This document shows, one piece after another, positions 54,466 to 64,000 of a stretch of 64,000 nt of DNA. How positions within the stretch are numbered: position 1 is the first letter of the stretch; each line of letters opens with the position of its first letter. The notes under the pieces are model-generated. The model had not been told where the DNA came from. It did no database searches and saw only the letters and a list, made by a program, of their open reading frames with translations. The position numbers and the translations under genes are program-made. Origin of the DNA: Alphaproteobacteria bacterium (GTDB lineage: Bacteria > Pseudomonadota > Alphaproteobacteria > Bin95); contig OZ224045.1 of the NCBI GenBank assembly GCA_963665325.3, positions 2,048,001 through 2,112,000 of the forward strand, written 5' to 3'.

Positions 54466-56613
54466 TCAGGAGACGTTGCGGAGGAACTCCGGGACTTCCG
54501 GTTCCGGCGCGGCGCCGGTGTCGGCCGCCTGGGCGGTGTCGTCATTGGCGGGCTCGGAAGCGGTCTCCACGGGAGGCTTCTCGTGGTCGGCGCTCGGCGC
54601 GTCGGTAGTTGTATCGGCCGACCCGTCGAAGGCGGCGAAGCCGGGTGGGACCCAGCCGAGCGCAGCGGCGTGGCCCTCGGCATTGACGCCCAGGGGAATG
54701 TCGCCGGTGGCGAAGGCGGTCTCCATGGCGGCCGCGAGCTCCGTCTTCTTTTGCTTGGCGTGGGAGTTCACCCAGTCTGCGCCGAGGGTGTGGCCCGCGA
54801 TATCGAGGAGCTGGCTCTTGTTGATGCGCGACCAGAACATGTCCGCGGTCGGCCGGACCTGGCTGGCAAAGTCGATATCGAGCCGGGCGACGGTTGCCTC
54901 GAATTCCGGCAGGGCGTCGTATTCGAAGGCGAGCTGGCCCTTCAGCGTGCGGGCGACGGCAGCCGCGAACAGTTCCTTCTTTTCGTCGATCGGAAGGGCG
55001 CGAAAGGCCTCGAAGCACGTCGAGCTGTCCGGGTGTTCCATCCAGTCGAAGGAGAGGTGCGAAGCGTCGTCGATCTCGTCCATCGAGGGGTTCCAGGCGG
55101 AGAAGTCCGGGTCGTTGACACGCAGGGTCGGCCGGTCCGGGGTGACGCTGGCGGAGATGTCGAGCGCTTTGGCCCTGTAGCTGTGGCCGTCCGTGAAGAC
55201 GGAGCGCGCCATCTGGAAGACGGTCAGGTCGAACGCGGCATCGAAGTCGTGCTGCAGGTGGGTCTTGACGATGGTGGTCCGGATTGCCCGCATGTCGTCG
55301 GCAAGGCCGATGCCGATGCCGGCCTCCTTGCGCGCTGCGGCCCTGGGGTCGGTGTCGCGGATGGCCGGCTGTGCGACCCGCTCGCTGTCGTTGGCCGGGG
55401 GCGCGGCGGAGCCGGATGTGCTGTCCTGTTCCGGCGCCGGCATGTCCTCGGGACGGACAAGGCCGGGGATGATCCGGAGCGAACCGTCGCGGTCGATCGT
55501 GACGATACAGCCTGCGATGGCCCTGTCCTCGTCGCGGTAGGACGTGCGCTGCTCGACTTCGCCCTGGATCCGGGCGATCTCGCTGTGGGCGGTCCCGTAT
55601 TCCGCGGCTTGCTCTTCGGTCCAGTCTTCCCTGGCCGTGCTTTCGAGCTGGGCCATCCGCTCGCGGTGGCGATCGATGGCGGCCTGTTCGTCATCGGTGG
55701 GTTCGCCCGGAACCGGATAGACGCGGCCCAACTCGGCGGTGATCTGCCAATGGACCTCGGTCATCGGAACGGCCCAGCTCCAGTCGCCGGAGATGCTGTC
55801 GGCTTCCCTGGTGAGCTTGGCAGTGGCGAGTTCGTTCAGGAGGTCAGGGTTGTCGAGCCAGGTGTTCGAGCCGGTGGAGAAGAGGTCGCGGAGGAAGCTG
55901 CCGCCCGCTGCCTTGTACGCATTGACGCCGACAAACTTCGCGATGGCGGCGTCAGACGGGATGCGCTCGGAGGTGAGCATGCGTTCGACTTGATAAGCGT
56001 TCGGCCGGAAGGCCATGCCGGAGAGCTGCTCCCAGACGGCCATCTGCCTCGCATGGTCGGTGGTAAGGCTGAAGGCCTGAAGCGCGTCCATGTCGATGCG
56101 CTCGTCGCGGTAGGCCTGGATGATCTCCGGCGCGATATTGCCGAGGCGCATGCGCTGTTTCACCAGGCGCTGCGAGACGCCGAAGCGGGTGGCGACCTGG
56201 GAAACGCTGGCGCCGGCGTCGAGCAGGCGCGAGAAGGCGGTGATCTGGTCCGCGGGGTGCATGGCCAGCCGGACGGTGTTCTCGGCAAGGGAGATCTCCT
56301 CGGCTGGCGTGTCGGACGAGGCGACGATGCAGGGGATGGGGTGGTCTGCCGGGAGTTCGTCCTCGGATGCCAGGTCCTGGAGGACGGTGAGGCGTCGGCC
56401 GCCTGCGAGGACGGCGAAGCGCGGGCTGCCGTCCCTGGCGGGATCGGCTTCGCGGACGACCAGGTTCTCGAGGAGGCCGTGATTGAGGACCGAGGCCTTG
56501 AGTTCGGCCTGGGCGCTCTTGCTCGGCGGCGTCGTGCGGACGTTCTCGGGCGCGAGGAAGAGATGGGCGAGGGGGACGGTCTGGATGACCGCGACGGATG
56601 CGGGTGTCGCCAT
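54466..56613 (-). CDS. Large ParB/Spo0J-like protein
   Basis: PENVR...GLLENLVV...VLAGGRRL...ISLAEN..R..MHPADQ; HTH VSQVATRFGVS. Confidence 0.92.
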   Translation of the reverse strand: MATPASVAVIQTVPLAHLFLAPENVRTTPPSKSAQAELKASVLNHGLLENLVVREADPARDGSPRFAVLAGGRRLTVLQDLASEDELPADHPIPCIVASSDTPAEEISLAENTVRLAMHPADQITAFSRLLDAGASVSQVATRFGVSQRLVKQRMRLGNIAPEIIQAYRDERIDMDALQAFSLTTDHARQMAVWEQLSGMAFRPNAYQVERMLTSERIPSDAAIAKFVGVNAYKAAGGSFLRDLFSTGSNTWLDNPDLLNELATAKLTREADSISGDWSWAVPMTEVHWQITAELGRVYPVPGEPTDDEQAAIDRHRERMAQLESTAREDWTEEQAAEYGTAHSEIARIQGEVEQRTSYRDEDRAIAGCIVTIDRDGSLRIIPGLVRPEDMPAPEQDSTSGSAAPPANDSERVAQPAIRDTDPRAAARKEAGIGIGLADDMRAIRTTIVKTHLQHDFDAAFDLTVFQMARSVFTDGHSYRAKALDISASVTPDRPTLRVNDPDFSAWNPSMDEIDDASHLSFDWMEHPDSSTCFEAFRALPIDEKKELFAAAVARTLKGQLAFEYDALPEFEATVARLDIDFASQVRPTADMFWSRINKSQLLDIAGHTLGADWVNSHAKQKKTELAAAMETAFATGDIPLGVNAEGHAAALGWVPPGFAAFDGSADTTTDAPSADHEKPPVETASEPANDDTAQAADTGAAPEPEVPEFLRNVS

Positions 56614-57393
56614 TGGGCACTGCCTTGTCGTGTTTGAAGGAAAGCAAGCGGACCGGCCGGGAGTCCCGAACGGTCGAAACGCTTGGAAAAAAAGGGGCTT
56701 TCCTCGAAACTGGACGGCAGACCGGCGTCGCGGTTCGTGTCCTGGCTGCCTGTTGCGGGTTCGGCGTTTCCGAACTCGGGCGGGACCGGGGGTGTCCCGG
56801 AAACAGGCCGGTCGGTTGCAAACCGGGGTCTCCGGCAAGGGACAGCCCCATGTCGGAGGGCTTTTCTTTACCTGCCTATGGTCAGGCAGGTGGCGAGGCG
56901 GCCTGGCGCTGGATTTCTCTCAGTTCGTGACGGGGCGCGGGAGGCCGGAACGGGTGCTGGGGCTTCGCAAGGGCGAGCAGGCAGAGCAATTGGTGTCTGA
57001 CGGGAAGCGTCGGGAAGGGGAGCTGCTTCCAGTCCTGGACCTCGGCGCGGCCGGCTTCGACGGCATGACACTGGACGGCCCGGCAGTGATCGCACTGGTA
57101 GATCTGGATCGTGGGTTGGCCGGTTGGCGAACCTTCGAAGATAAGGGTCGAGTAGGGATGCTGGCAGCGGGCCATGCAATGGTTCCGGAAGGGTTGTTCA
57201 AAGGGATTTGATTATAGCGAAAACGGCGCAATCCGTCGAGGTTCAGGATGACAATGTGTGTTGATGGAGAAGGAAAGTTTCTCAGTCTGGTGGAGCAGAA
57301 GATGGTTATACGCAAGGCATATAGGGTGTTCGTCTGGACTCGGACACGGTGTGGGGTTATTGACGGTGACGGGAATTCCGGTAGGAGCCGACG

Positions 57394-57681
57394 ATGGCGG
57401 CAGGAAAGATGGAAATTGCCGAGAAGGTCGCGACGAGACTGTGCGTGACTCGTCAGACGGCGATGGTGTTCGTCTCGGCGGTGGTGGATGCCCAGGCGCG
57501 GACGCTTGCGGAACACGGGGAGGTGACGTTGCGGGGGTTCGGGGCGTTCCGGGTCAAGGAAGTGGCAGAGAGCCGGGCGAGAAATCCGAGGACGGGCGAG
57601 ATGGTGGCTGTTCCGCCGCATAAGCGGGTCCGGTTCAGGGCCGGAAAGGTTTTGCGGGATATCGTGTCGGGTCGGCGCTGA
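57394..57681 (+). CDS. HU-family DNA-binding protein
   Basis: VTLRGFGAFRV...ARNPRTGE...VRFRAGKVL. Confidence 0.92.
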   Translation: MAAGKMEIAEKVATRLCVTRQTAMVFVSAVVDAQARTLAEHGEVTLRGFGAFRVKEVAESRARNPRTGEMVAVPPHKRVRFRAGKVLRDIVSGRR

Positions 57682-57705
57682 CGAGGTGCGGTGGCGCAGT
57701 ATCGG

Positions 57706-59216
57706 TCAGGCGTTGGCAAGTGTTCGGGTTGCGACGCGAATCAGCGCGATTGCATTCGGTTTGATACGAAGACGGGCCTTTCCTCGTGTTGGGCCGGCGG
57801 ACATGTCGATATGGTCGAGCAGGTCGGCAAGGCGAATGGTTGCCTCGATACGCGTTTCGGGGTCGTCGCAGTCGATGGACGCTTGAAGGTTGCTGGCGTA
57901 TTCGGCCAGGATCGGTTTGAGGTTGATGGTCTCGGGCTGGAACTGGGAACCGATGGCGTACCGGTTCAGTTCGGCTTCGATTGAGTGGATTTCGTCCGAA
58001 AGCTCCATCATCCTGTCTCGCATTTGTGGCGTATCGGTTCCGGTTTCGATAGCTTGCACGAGGCGGTTCATGCGCAGGTTGCAGTCCGAGAGTTCGGCGC
58101 GCAGATGGGCGCGAGTTTCGACGATGCGGTTATGGGCGTCCTGGAGGATATGGTTCCAGTCCTTGTGACGACGGACCCAGGACGTGAGTTGACGGGCGGA
58201 AAGACGGTCGATGTCGCGCAGGACGAAGGTCCGGGCCGTGCATTTTCCTCGCGCCTTGCTTTCATTGCACGCCCACCGATGGCGGCCGATGGTACGAACC
58301 GGTCCCTTGCAGCGTGAACAGCGCAGCAGGGTGGTCAGTGGCATGGCCCCGCGTGCAAGACTTGGAGCTCCGGCCGTGTGTCTGCGGGGGAGGGATCTGG
58401 AATGGATGCGCTCCTGGACTGCATGCCAGGTCTCGTCGTCGACGATTTGGAGGGCTGGAACCTGGGTGATTCGCCAGGTCTCCTTGGGATTGGGTCGGTA
58501 TACGCGCTTGGCGGTGGCGGGGTCGGTAGCTGTTTCGATTACGCCGTAGTGCAGGGAGCCCTCGTAGATCGGGTTTGTCAGGATTCCGAAGAACGAGTGG
58601 GCGCCGGTTAGCGAGCTGTGGTTCCAGGCTCTCGCAGTGTGAGGCGGCGGTATGCGTTCTTCGTTGAGAGTCCGAGCGATTGCCCGGGCGGAAGATCCGT
58701 CGAGATACAGTCGGTATATGCGGCGGACGATTAGTGACGTATCCGGATCGATTTCACGCAAGCCGCGGATGATCTTGGAACCTTCGATGCGGTTTGCAAT
58801 GCGATAGCCGTAGGCGGGACGACCGATCTGTCGTCCCTGGTTGATGAGGGCTATCTGGCCTCGGCGGGTCTTTGATGCGAGGTCCGTCAGGAACATAGCG
58901 TTCATCGTTGACTTGAAGGCGGCGATAACAGGGCCGACGGGGCCCTCATTGATCGTGAGGAGCGTAACATGGCTGAATTCGAGTTGCTTTTGTATATGGG
59001 CGGTATCTTCGATGTCGCGGCTGATACGGTCGAGCGCTTCGGCGCAGACCGCTGTGAAGGCGTTGCGGCGGCAGTCGCGAAGCAGGGCCTGGATGCCAGG
59101 ACGCTTTAACGCGGTGGATCCGGAAACGGCAGCGTCGGAGTATCTGGCGACGACGGTGCCTCCGAGATCGTGGATGTAGCGCTGGCACTCTGCGAGCTGG
59201 TCGTCGATGGATTTAG
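57706..59216 (-). pseudogene. Large serine recombinase, 3' part (interrupted by IS1634-family element)
   Basis: SIDDQ...RPGIQALL...EALDRISR; PAYGY; recombinase domain; Zn ribbon CSRC...C...C. Confidence 0.9.
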
Positions 59217-61286
59217 CCCAAGTTTAACGTTTTGGTGGCCGATTTTGTCGAGGTTGGCCGGCGCGGTGTCATCAAGCCATTGATATTGCTGGATTGAGGT
59301 TTCCGGGGGCGCAATGTAGTGCCATAATATTTTCACTTGGGGATTTCGAGACCTTGCGCCCGCTCCTATGCTGTGCGCCATGTTCATTCGCCGCACCAGG
59401 ACCGGAACCGGCGAGCGCGGCGAGGTCTATTATTCCCATCGCCTTGTTCGCTCGGAGCGCGACGGCGGGAAGATCCGCCAGCGCACCCTGCTCAACCTGG
59501 GGAGCGACTTCCCTGTCGAGCGGCGGCACTGGGCGGTGCTGTGCAGCCGGATCCAGCAGCAGCTCGACCGCCAGGCCGAGCTGGTTTCGCTGTCCTGTCC
59601 GGAGGAGGTCGAGCGGCACGCCCAGCGCATCGCCGCGCAATTGCTCAACAGCGCGCCGTCCGGCGGGACCGGGCGCCCTGACCTGCAGACGGTGGATGTC
59701 GGCTCCCTGGAGCTGATCCGCCCGCGTTCGGTCGGCGTCGAGCATGTCGGGCTGTGGGCCATGGAGCGGCTCGGCCTGGAGGCTTTGCTGGAGCGCCTGG
59801 GCTTCAACGGCACGCAGCGCGCGCTCGCCATGGCCACCGTGATCGCGCGCATGGCGGCGCCGGGCTCGGAGCGCGCCTCCTGGCGCTGGCTGTGCGAGCG
59901 TTCGGCGCTCGGCGAGTTGCTGGGGGTGGACTTCGAGCGCATGAGCATGATGCGCCTGTACCGCGCCTCCGACGCCCTGATGGCGCAGCGCGCGGCGATC
60001 GAGGCGCATCTGTTCGATCGGGCGACGGATCTGTTCGGCCTGCGCCACACGGTGACGCTGTACGACCTGACCAACACCTTCTTCGAGGGCGCGGCGGCGG
60101 CCCAGGCCAAGGCCGAACGCGGCCATTCCAAGGAGAAGCGCTCGGATTGCCCGCTCTTGACCCTGGGGCTGGTGCTCGACGGCTCGGGCTTCGTGCGCCG
60201 CTCCGAGGTGTTCTCGGGCGCGGTCAACGAAGACAGGACCCTGGCGTCGATGCTCGGCGCCCTGGGCGCGCCGGCGGACGCGCTGGTGGTGATGGATGCG
60301 GGGATCGCCACCGAGGCCAACATCGCCTGGCTGCGCGCGAACGGCTACCGCTATCTCGCGGTCAGCCGGGAACGCACCCGCCGCTTCGATCCCGAGCTGG
60401 CGCTGGCCATCGAGACCCGGTCGCGCCAGACGGTCCATGTCCACAAGGCGGTCGACGCCGAAGCTGGAGAGGCGCGGCTCTACTGCTACTCCGAGGCGCG
60501 GGCGAAGAAGGAACAGGGCATCGCAAACCGCTTCGCCGCGCGCTTCGAGGGCGAGATGCAGAAGCTCCACGACGGCCTCAAGCGGCCGCGCACCCGCAAG
60601 CGGCTCGACCATGTCTGGCAGCGGATCGGCCGGATCAGGGAGAAGAGCCGCGGCGCCGCGGCCCACTACGACATCGACGTCATCGCCGACGAAAGCGGCG
60701 AGAAGGCCCGGGCCGTCACATGGGAGCGCCGCCCGCTCGCCGGCACCATGGCCACCCATCCCGGCGTTTACTGCCTGCGCACCAACGTCGAGGACTGGGA
60801 CGAGGAGGCGCTGTGGCGGACCTATACCTCGCTCACCGATGTGGAGGCGGTGTTCCGATCGCTCAAGTCGGAACTCGGCCTGCGCCCCATCTTCCACCAG
60901 ACCCAGAGGCGCTCCGACGGCCACCTGTTCATCACCGTGATCGCCTACCAGATGGTGCAGACCATCCGCCGGCGCCTCGCCGAGCACGGCGAACACGCCA
61001 GCTGGGCCAGCCTGCGAGCCATCCTCGAAGGCCAGCAGCGGGTCACCGCGACCTTCAGGCGCAAGGACGGACGCACCTTGCATGTCCGCAAGGCCACACG
61101 GGCCGAGCCCGAACAGCAAGAAATCTATCGCGCGCTCGGCATCGACCCCGCCCCTGGAGGCATCAGGAAAATGATCGTCTGATCCCGAACCGGGCGAAAT
61201 AACCGAAATGTAGTGCCAGACGCGAAATTATTGCTCCGTAAGGCATTGATAATCAATGATCTTCAAAATGCTCTGTTAAACTTGGG
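59217..61286 (+). mobile_element. IS1634-family insertion sequence, 2,070 bp, 12-bp IR, 4-bp TSD TTAG
   Basis: CCCAAGTTTAAC...GTTAAACTTGGG; TTAG at 59213-59216 and 61287-61290; AATGTAGTGCCA repeated near both ends. Confidence 0.92.
59380..61182 (+). CDS. IS1634-family DDE transposase
   Basis: LYDLTNTFFEG, GHSKEKRSD, VVMDAGI, VEAVFRSLKSELGLRPIFHQ. Confidence 0.93.
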   Translation: MFIRRTRTGTGERGEVYYSHRLVRSERDGGKIRQRTLLNLGSDFPVERRHWAVLCSRIQQQLDRQAELVSLSCPEEVERHAQRIAAQLLNSAPSGGTGRPDLQTVDVGSLELIRPRSVGVEHVGLWAMERLGLEALLERLGFNGTQRALAMATVIARMAAPGSERASWRWLCERSALGELLGVDFERMSMMRLYRASDALMAQRAAIEAHLFDRATDLFGLRHTVTLYDLTNTFFEGAAAAQAKAERGHSKEKRSDCPLLTLGLVLDGSGFVRRSEVFSGAVNEDRTLASMLGALGAPADALVVMDAGIATEANIAWLRANGYRYLAVSRERTRRFDPELALAIETRSRQTVHVHKAVDAEAGEARLYCYSEARAKKEQGIANRFAARFEGEMQKLHDGLKRPRTRKRLDHVWQRIGRIREKSRGAAAHYDIDVIADESGEKARAVTWERRPLAGTMATHPGVYCLRTNVEDWDEEALWRTYTSLTDVEAVFRSLKSELGLRPIFHQTQRRSDGHLFITVIAYQMVQTIRRRLAEHGEHASWASLRAILEGQQRVTATFRRKDGRTLHVRKATRAEPEQQEIYRALGIDPAPGGIRKMIV

Positions 61287-61360
61287 TTAGGGTTCTGGAG
61301 GTGGGACGAATAGCGGGCGTACAAGGCTACGCGCGAAAGGTCGGGGCCAGTTTCGAACAT
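61287..61360 (-). pseudogene. 5' fragment of the serine recombinase (catalytic YARYSS)
   Basis: MFETGPDLSRVALYARYSSHLQNP joins in frame to KSIDDQ after IS removal. Confidence 0.9.
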
Positions 61361-61493
61361 GGATCGGTCCATAGCATCAAATCCGGCTCAGCAAATTTTG
61401 CGACCGGGCCGTATCGACGACACTACCGGATTGGGGAGCGGTGATGGAAGGGCGGGGACGGCGACCGAATGAGGCCAAGTAATCGGTGAAGGG

Positions 61494-61778
61494 TCATTCG
61501 CTGTTGCCGTTGGGCAGGAGGCGGGCGCTGAAGCCGACTCCGTTCTGCAGATCGATGATGTGCTCGGCGACTTCCCCGGGGCTCCACTTCGAGAATTCTG
61601 CTGCATATACCTCGTTGAATTCGTAGCCGCCCCAGTCGTCGAGATCGCCGGCGTCGGGATCGGCGTTCGCGAGGCGGGAGGTGGTGACTTCGGTTCCATC
61701 CCACTCCTGGATCCATGTGGGCTCGTCTGTCACCAGGTGGGAGATTTCGATGCGGACGGAAAGTGTTGTGCCGGACAT
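61494..61778 (-). CDS. Small acidic hypothetical protein
   Basis: GGAG RBS; MSGTTLSVRIEI... Confidence 0.5.
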   Translation of the reverse strand: MSGTTLSVRIEISHLVTDEPTWIQEWDGTEVTTSRLANADPDAGDLDDWGGYEFNEVYAAEFSKWSPGEVAEHIIDLQNGVGFSARLLPNGNSE

Positions 61779-61819
61779 GTACAGGTCTCCGTTGGATCGT
61801 CTTGGTGAGGGGATGGCGG

Positions 61820-62527
61820 TTACCGGCGGGAGCGGCGCCAGCCGCCGGCTCGGGCCTGGGCCTCGCTGCAGAACCAGCGTTCGCCGCGCGATTCGTCGAT
61901 GCGGGTTCGGTCGTAGTACATGCCTCCGGGCACGTGGTAGATGCGGCCGCTGGCAGAGATGTTTCCCTTGATGAGGCATCCGCCGGCGCTTCGCGACGGC
62001 GCGGTCTGCGGTTGGCGACGATGGCTTGAGGTGCTACGGGTTTTCTGGTGCCGGCGCCACCGCCAGGGCTCGATGAACGAACCGGACCACAAGCCGCGTT
62101 GCGCTTCGCGAGCCTCGTCTTCGGCCGGGACATAGCGTGTCGAGTAGCGACGGTATGCAAGGGCCAGGCCCTGCCGGACAAGCTCGTGCTGCAGGTCCCG
62201 GCCGTTGACGAAACAGGCGCCGATCCCGCGGCCGTATTTGTCGCGACGGTCGATCCTGCAGAGAACCTCGTTGGGACCGATGAGGCGGTGCAAAGCCTGT
62301 GTGGAGGCTTTGCCGCAGGCCCATTGGCGGCCGTCGCGTCCGCAGGTCTGCCTGCTCTCAGGGGCGTCGATGCCGTTGAGCCGGATGCGCTCGCCTGCGA
62401 CGGCCAGGGTGTCGCCGTCAATGATGCGGGCCTGGCCGGAGAGCGTTTCGGCTTGCGCCGGCAGAGCGAAGGCGAGCAATCCGGCGGCAGTGACGATCGA
62501 TGGGAGGAGTCGGAAGAGGGATATCAT
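61820..62527 (-). CDS. Secreted thermonuclease (SNase/ExoI-like)
   Basis: Signal peptide; IIDGDT, IRLNGIDAPE, DKYGR, AQRGLW; C-terminal CLIKGNIS...YHVPG...WFCSE. Confidence 0.92.
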   Translation of the reverse strand: MISLFRLLPSIVTAAGLLAFALPAQAETLSGQARIIDGDTLAVAGERIRLNGIDAPESRQTCGRDGRQWACGKASTQALHRLIGPNEVLCRIDRRDKYGRGIGACFVNGRDLQHELVRQGLALAYRRYSTRYVPAEDEAREAQRGLWSGSFIEPWRWRRHQKTRSTSSHRRQPQTAPSRSAGGCLIKGNISASGRIYHVPGGMYYDRTRIDESRGERWFCSEAQARAGGWRRSRR

Positions 62528-62687
62528 GGGGTTGTCAACTCCGGGACGGCCCTAGTCGCGCGCCAGGACCTTGCTGTGGAAGCGCTCGTGTGAAGAGCGC
62601 ATATCTCGCTGACCGAAGGACGTGTACGAGATCATGGCTCCAGCTCCCGCAATGGAGCTGGCGAGTTCCGACATGCCGCACTGGACT

Positions 62688-62927
62688 TCAACCATGTGTC
62701 GGCCTGTACAAGACGGACGTGGGCAAGGTGAGAGGCCCTGCTCCGACTCTTCGGATCAGGTAGGGTCCGCGGCCGAATCGCTCGACGGTCGAGCTCGCAG
62801 CGGTCTGAAATTCATCGAAACATCCAGCCAGGGTTTCGCCATGGATGATGACCCACTTCCCAAAGTGCTCTGTCTCCAGCCGGTTACGCATCCGTTCGTA
62901 AGCGGCGATTTCGGCGTTTAGGGTCAC
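62688..62927 (-). CDS. Small hypothetical protein (DUF5678-like)
   Basis: LETEHFGKWVIIHGE...G.FD...FGRGPYLIRRVG. Confidence 0.6.
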   Translation of the reverse strand: MTLNAEIAAYERMRNRLETEHFGKWVIIHGETLAGCFDEFQTAASSTVERFGRGPYLIRRVGAGPLTLPTSVLYRPTHG

Positions 62928-62957
62928 TGTTTTCTCTCGGATCCGTTGTCCCCAGAT

Positions 62958-63251
62958 TCAACTCTTCCGATCGGCGAGGCGGATTTCGGCTATGGGTGCG
63001 CGCGTCGCGCGCGCCAGGGCCTCGCTGTGGAAGGGTTCGTGCGACGCATGGGCGCTTTGCTGACCCGAGAACGTGGGAGAGATACGCGGATCCCCGCCAT
63101 GTTCCCGGCAAGGTTCGGATACGGCGCCGTCGGCGACCAGGCCGGGCTCGCAGGTCGGGCAGCACCGGATTGTCCAGATTGCTGCGAGGCCGCCGGTGTG
63201 CGGGTCGATGGCGTTGAGAGACGGATGGGGCGTGGTGGAGGGGCCGGTCAT
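62958..63251 (-). CDS. Hypothetical protein
   Basis: ATGA-coupled to the upstream ORF; CPTC motif. Confidence 0.35.
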   Translation of the reverse strand: MTGPSTTPHPSLNAIDPHTGGLAAIWTIRCCPTCEPGLVADGAVSEPCREHGGDPRISPTFSGQQSAHASHEPFHSEALARATRAPIAEIRLADRKS

Positions 63252-63691
63252 TGCAATCTCTGTCTGTTGGAGGGTGAAGCGTCCGACGCCCAGCCCTTGC
63301 CGAAACGCGCGTCCATTTCGGCCACCAGCTCGTGGCCGGCGTCAGTGCCTCGGAAGGAGCAGTGTTCGTCCTGTTGGCCGGTACGGGCGGCCAGGCCGGA
63401 TTGCTCGAAACGGCCGAGGACGGCGCCCGGAGCGTCGAGGAGTGTCCCCGACCGGTCGGAGCGCCAACCTTTGGTCGGCCAGACGACGCCGTGCTCCAGT
63501 GCATGGAGCAGCGCCAATTCGTGCACGGAAGGGGCGAAGCCCGTGCGCGAGGCGAAGAGGCCGGCAGGCGTTGGTTGAGCATGTGCCAGACCGGCCTGGA
63601 TGACGGATGCGAGGCCGACTGGAGACGCGGCGGGCTTACCCTCCCGGATTTCAGCAAGACGCGAGAGCGAAGCGTTCGGCAGTTTTCTCAT
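63248..63691 (-). CDS. Hypothetical protein
   Basis: AGGAG RBS; co-oriented. Confidence 0.45.
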   Translation of the reverse strand: MRKLPNASLSRLAEIREGKPAASPVGLASVIQAGLAHAQPTPAGLFASRTGFAPSVHELALLHALEHGVVWPTKGWRSDRSGTLLDAPGAVLGRFEQSGLAARTGQQDEHCSFRGTDAGHELVAEMDARFGKGWASDASPSNRQRLQ

Positions 63692-63739
63692 TTCCGGCGC
63701 TCCTCCTTGTCGATGAGGAAAGTCCCGGGGCTGATGCGG

Positions 63740-64000
63740 TCAGCCGCACCTGGAATGGCCGCAGGACGGGCAGACATCGCAACCTTCCTGGTGGATCATC
63801 CCGGGCTGGTTGCACTTCGGGCAGACCGGTCCGGCAGGTCGCCCGGCCCCGGGCGCCGGGCCGACCTTGATCGGCGGGAGGGGTTCGTCGGGGTCGATAT
63901 GGCCGAGCTCGACCATCCAGTCCCGGATCTCCATGCCGATGAGGGCGATGAGGGACGCCACCCAGCCGCGGCCCTTGACCCACTGGCCGTCGTTCGGGTC
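63740..64000 (-). CDS. nrdJ: C-terminus of a class II (B12-dependent) ribonucleotide reductase or TSCPD-domain protein
   Basis: DP..GQWV...SLIALIG...CPKC...HQEGCDVCPSCGHSRCG C-terminal Zn ribbon; starts outside the window. Confidence 0.7.
   Translation of the reverse strand, partial: DPNDGQWVKGRGWVASLIALIGMEIRDWMVELGHIDPDEPLPPIKVGPAPGAGRPAGPVCPKCNQPGMIHQEGCDVCPSCGHSRCG

Noticed and set aside
56868-57300. Short overlapping ORFs between ParB and HU
   Set aside because: Conflicting frames, no motifs or clear RBS; cannot be supported as genes.
1-64000. CRISPR array, tRNA or rRNA genes
   Set aside because: No regularly spaced repeat-spacer pattern or recognisable structural RNA gene was seen by eye; a covariance search was not run.

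Overview
GC-rich segment of a conjugative element (ICE or large plasmid) with an alphaproteobacterial-type gene set. At the left end are a MOB-F (TrwC-type) relaxase-helicase running off the window, a second relaxase-domain gene with degenerate catalytic motifs, an RHH accessory gene and an AT-rich oriT candidate (~3.4-3.6 kb). From ~4 to ~57 kb nearly all genes are on the minus strand, pointing at that oriT, as expected for a leading/establishment region: three SSBs, a stand-alone DarG-like macrodomain, a beta clamp, a MoxR/VWA module, two toprim proteins, a strawberry-notch methylase-helicase, a C5 methyltransferase, RadC, two TA-like pairs, a GHKL ATPase and a ParB-like protein. Two things stand out. 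(1) Three apparently identical, co-oriented copies of a 4,384-bp TG...CA transposon each have their own 4-5 bp target duplication and each interrupt a gene. It carries a Zn-finger/HTH gene, a DDE transposase, an ExeA/TniB-type AAA+ ATPase and, unusually, a RepA/AAA_25-type helicase followed by iteron-like repeats and a multi-hairpin structure. (2) An operon of four paralogous proteins has variable N-terminal cargo domains (DUF2493 SLOG, DprA-like SLOG, DUF4326), a shared ~150-aa helical repeat domain and, in three of them, an identical C-terminal SMSA tail, which suggests a family of conjugatively translocated effectors. An IS1634-family element interrupts a large serine recombinase near the right end. 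All family calls come from motif recognition by eye; no database searches were run.
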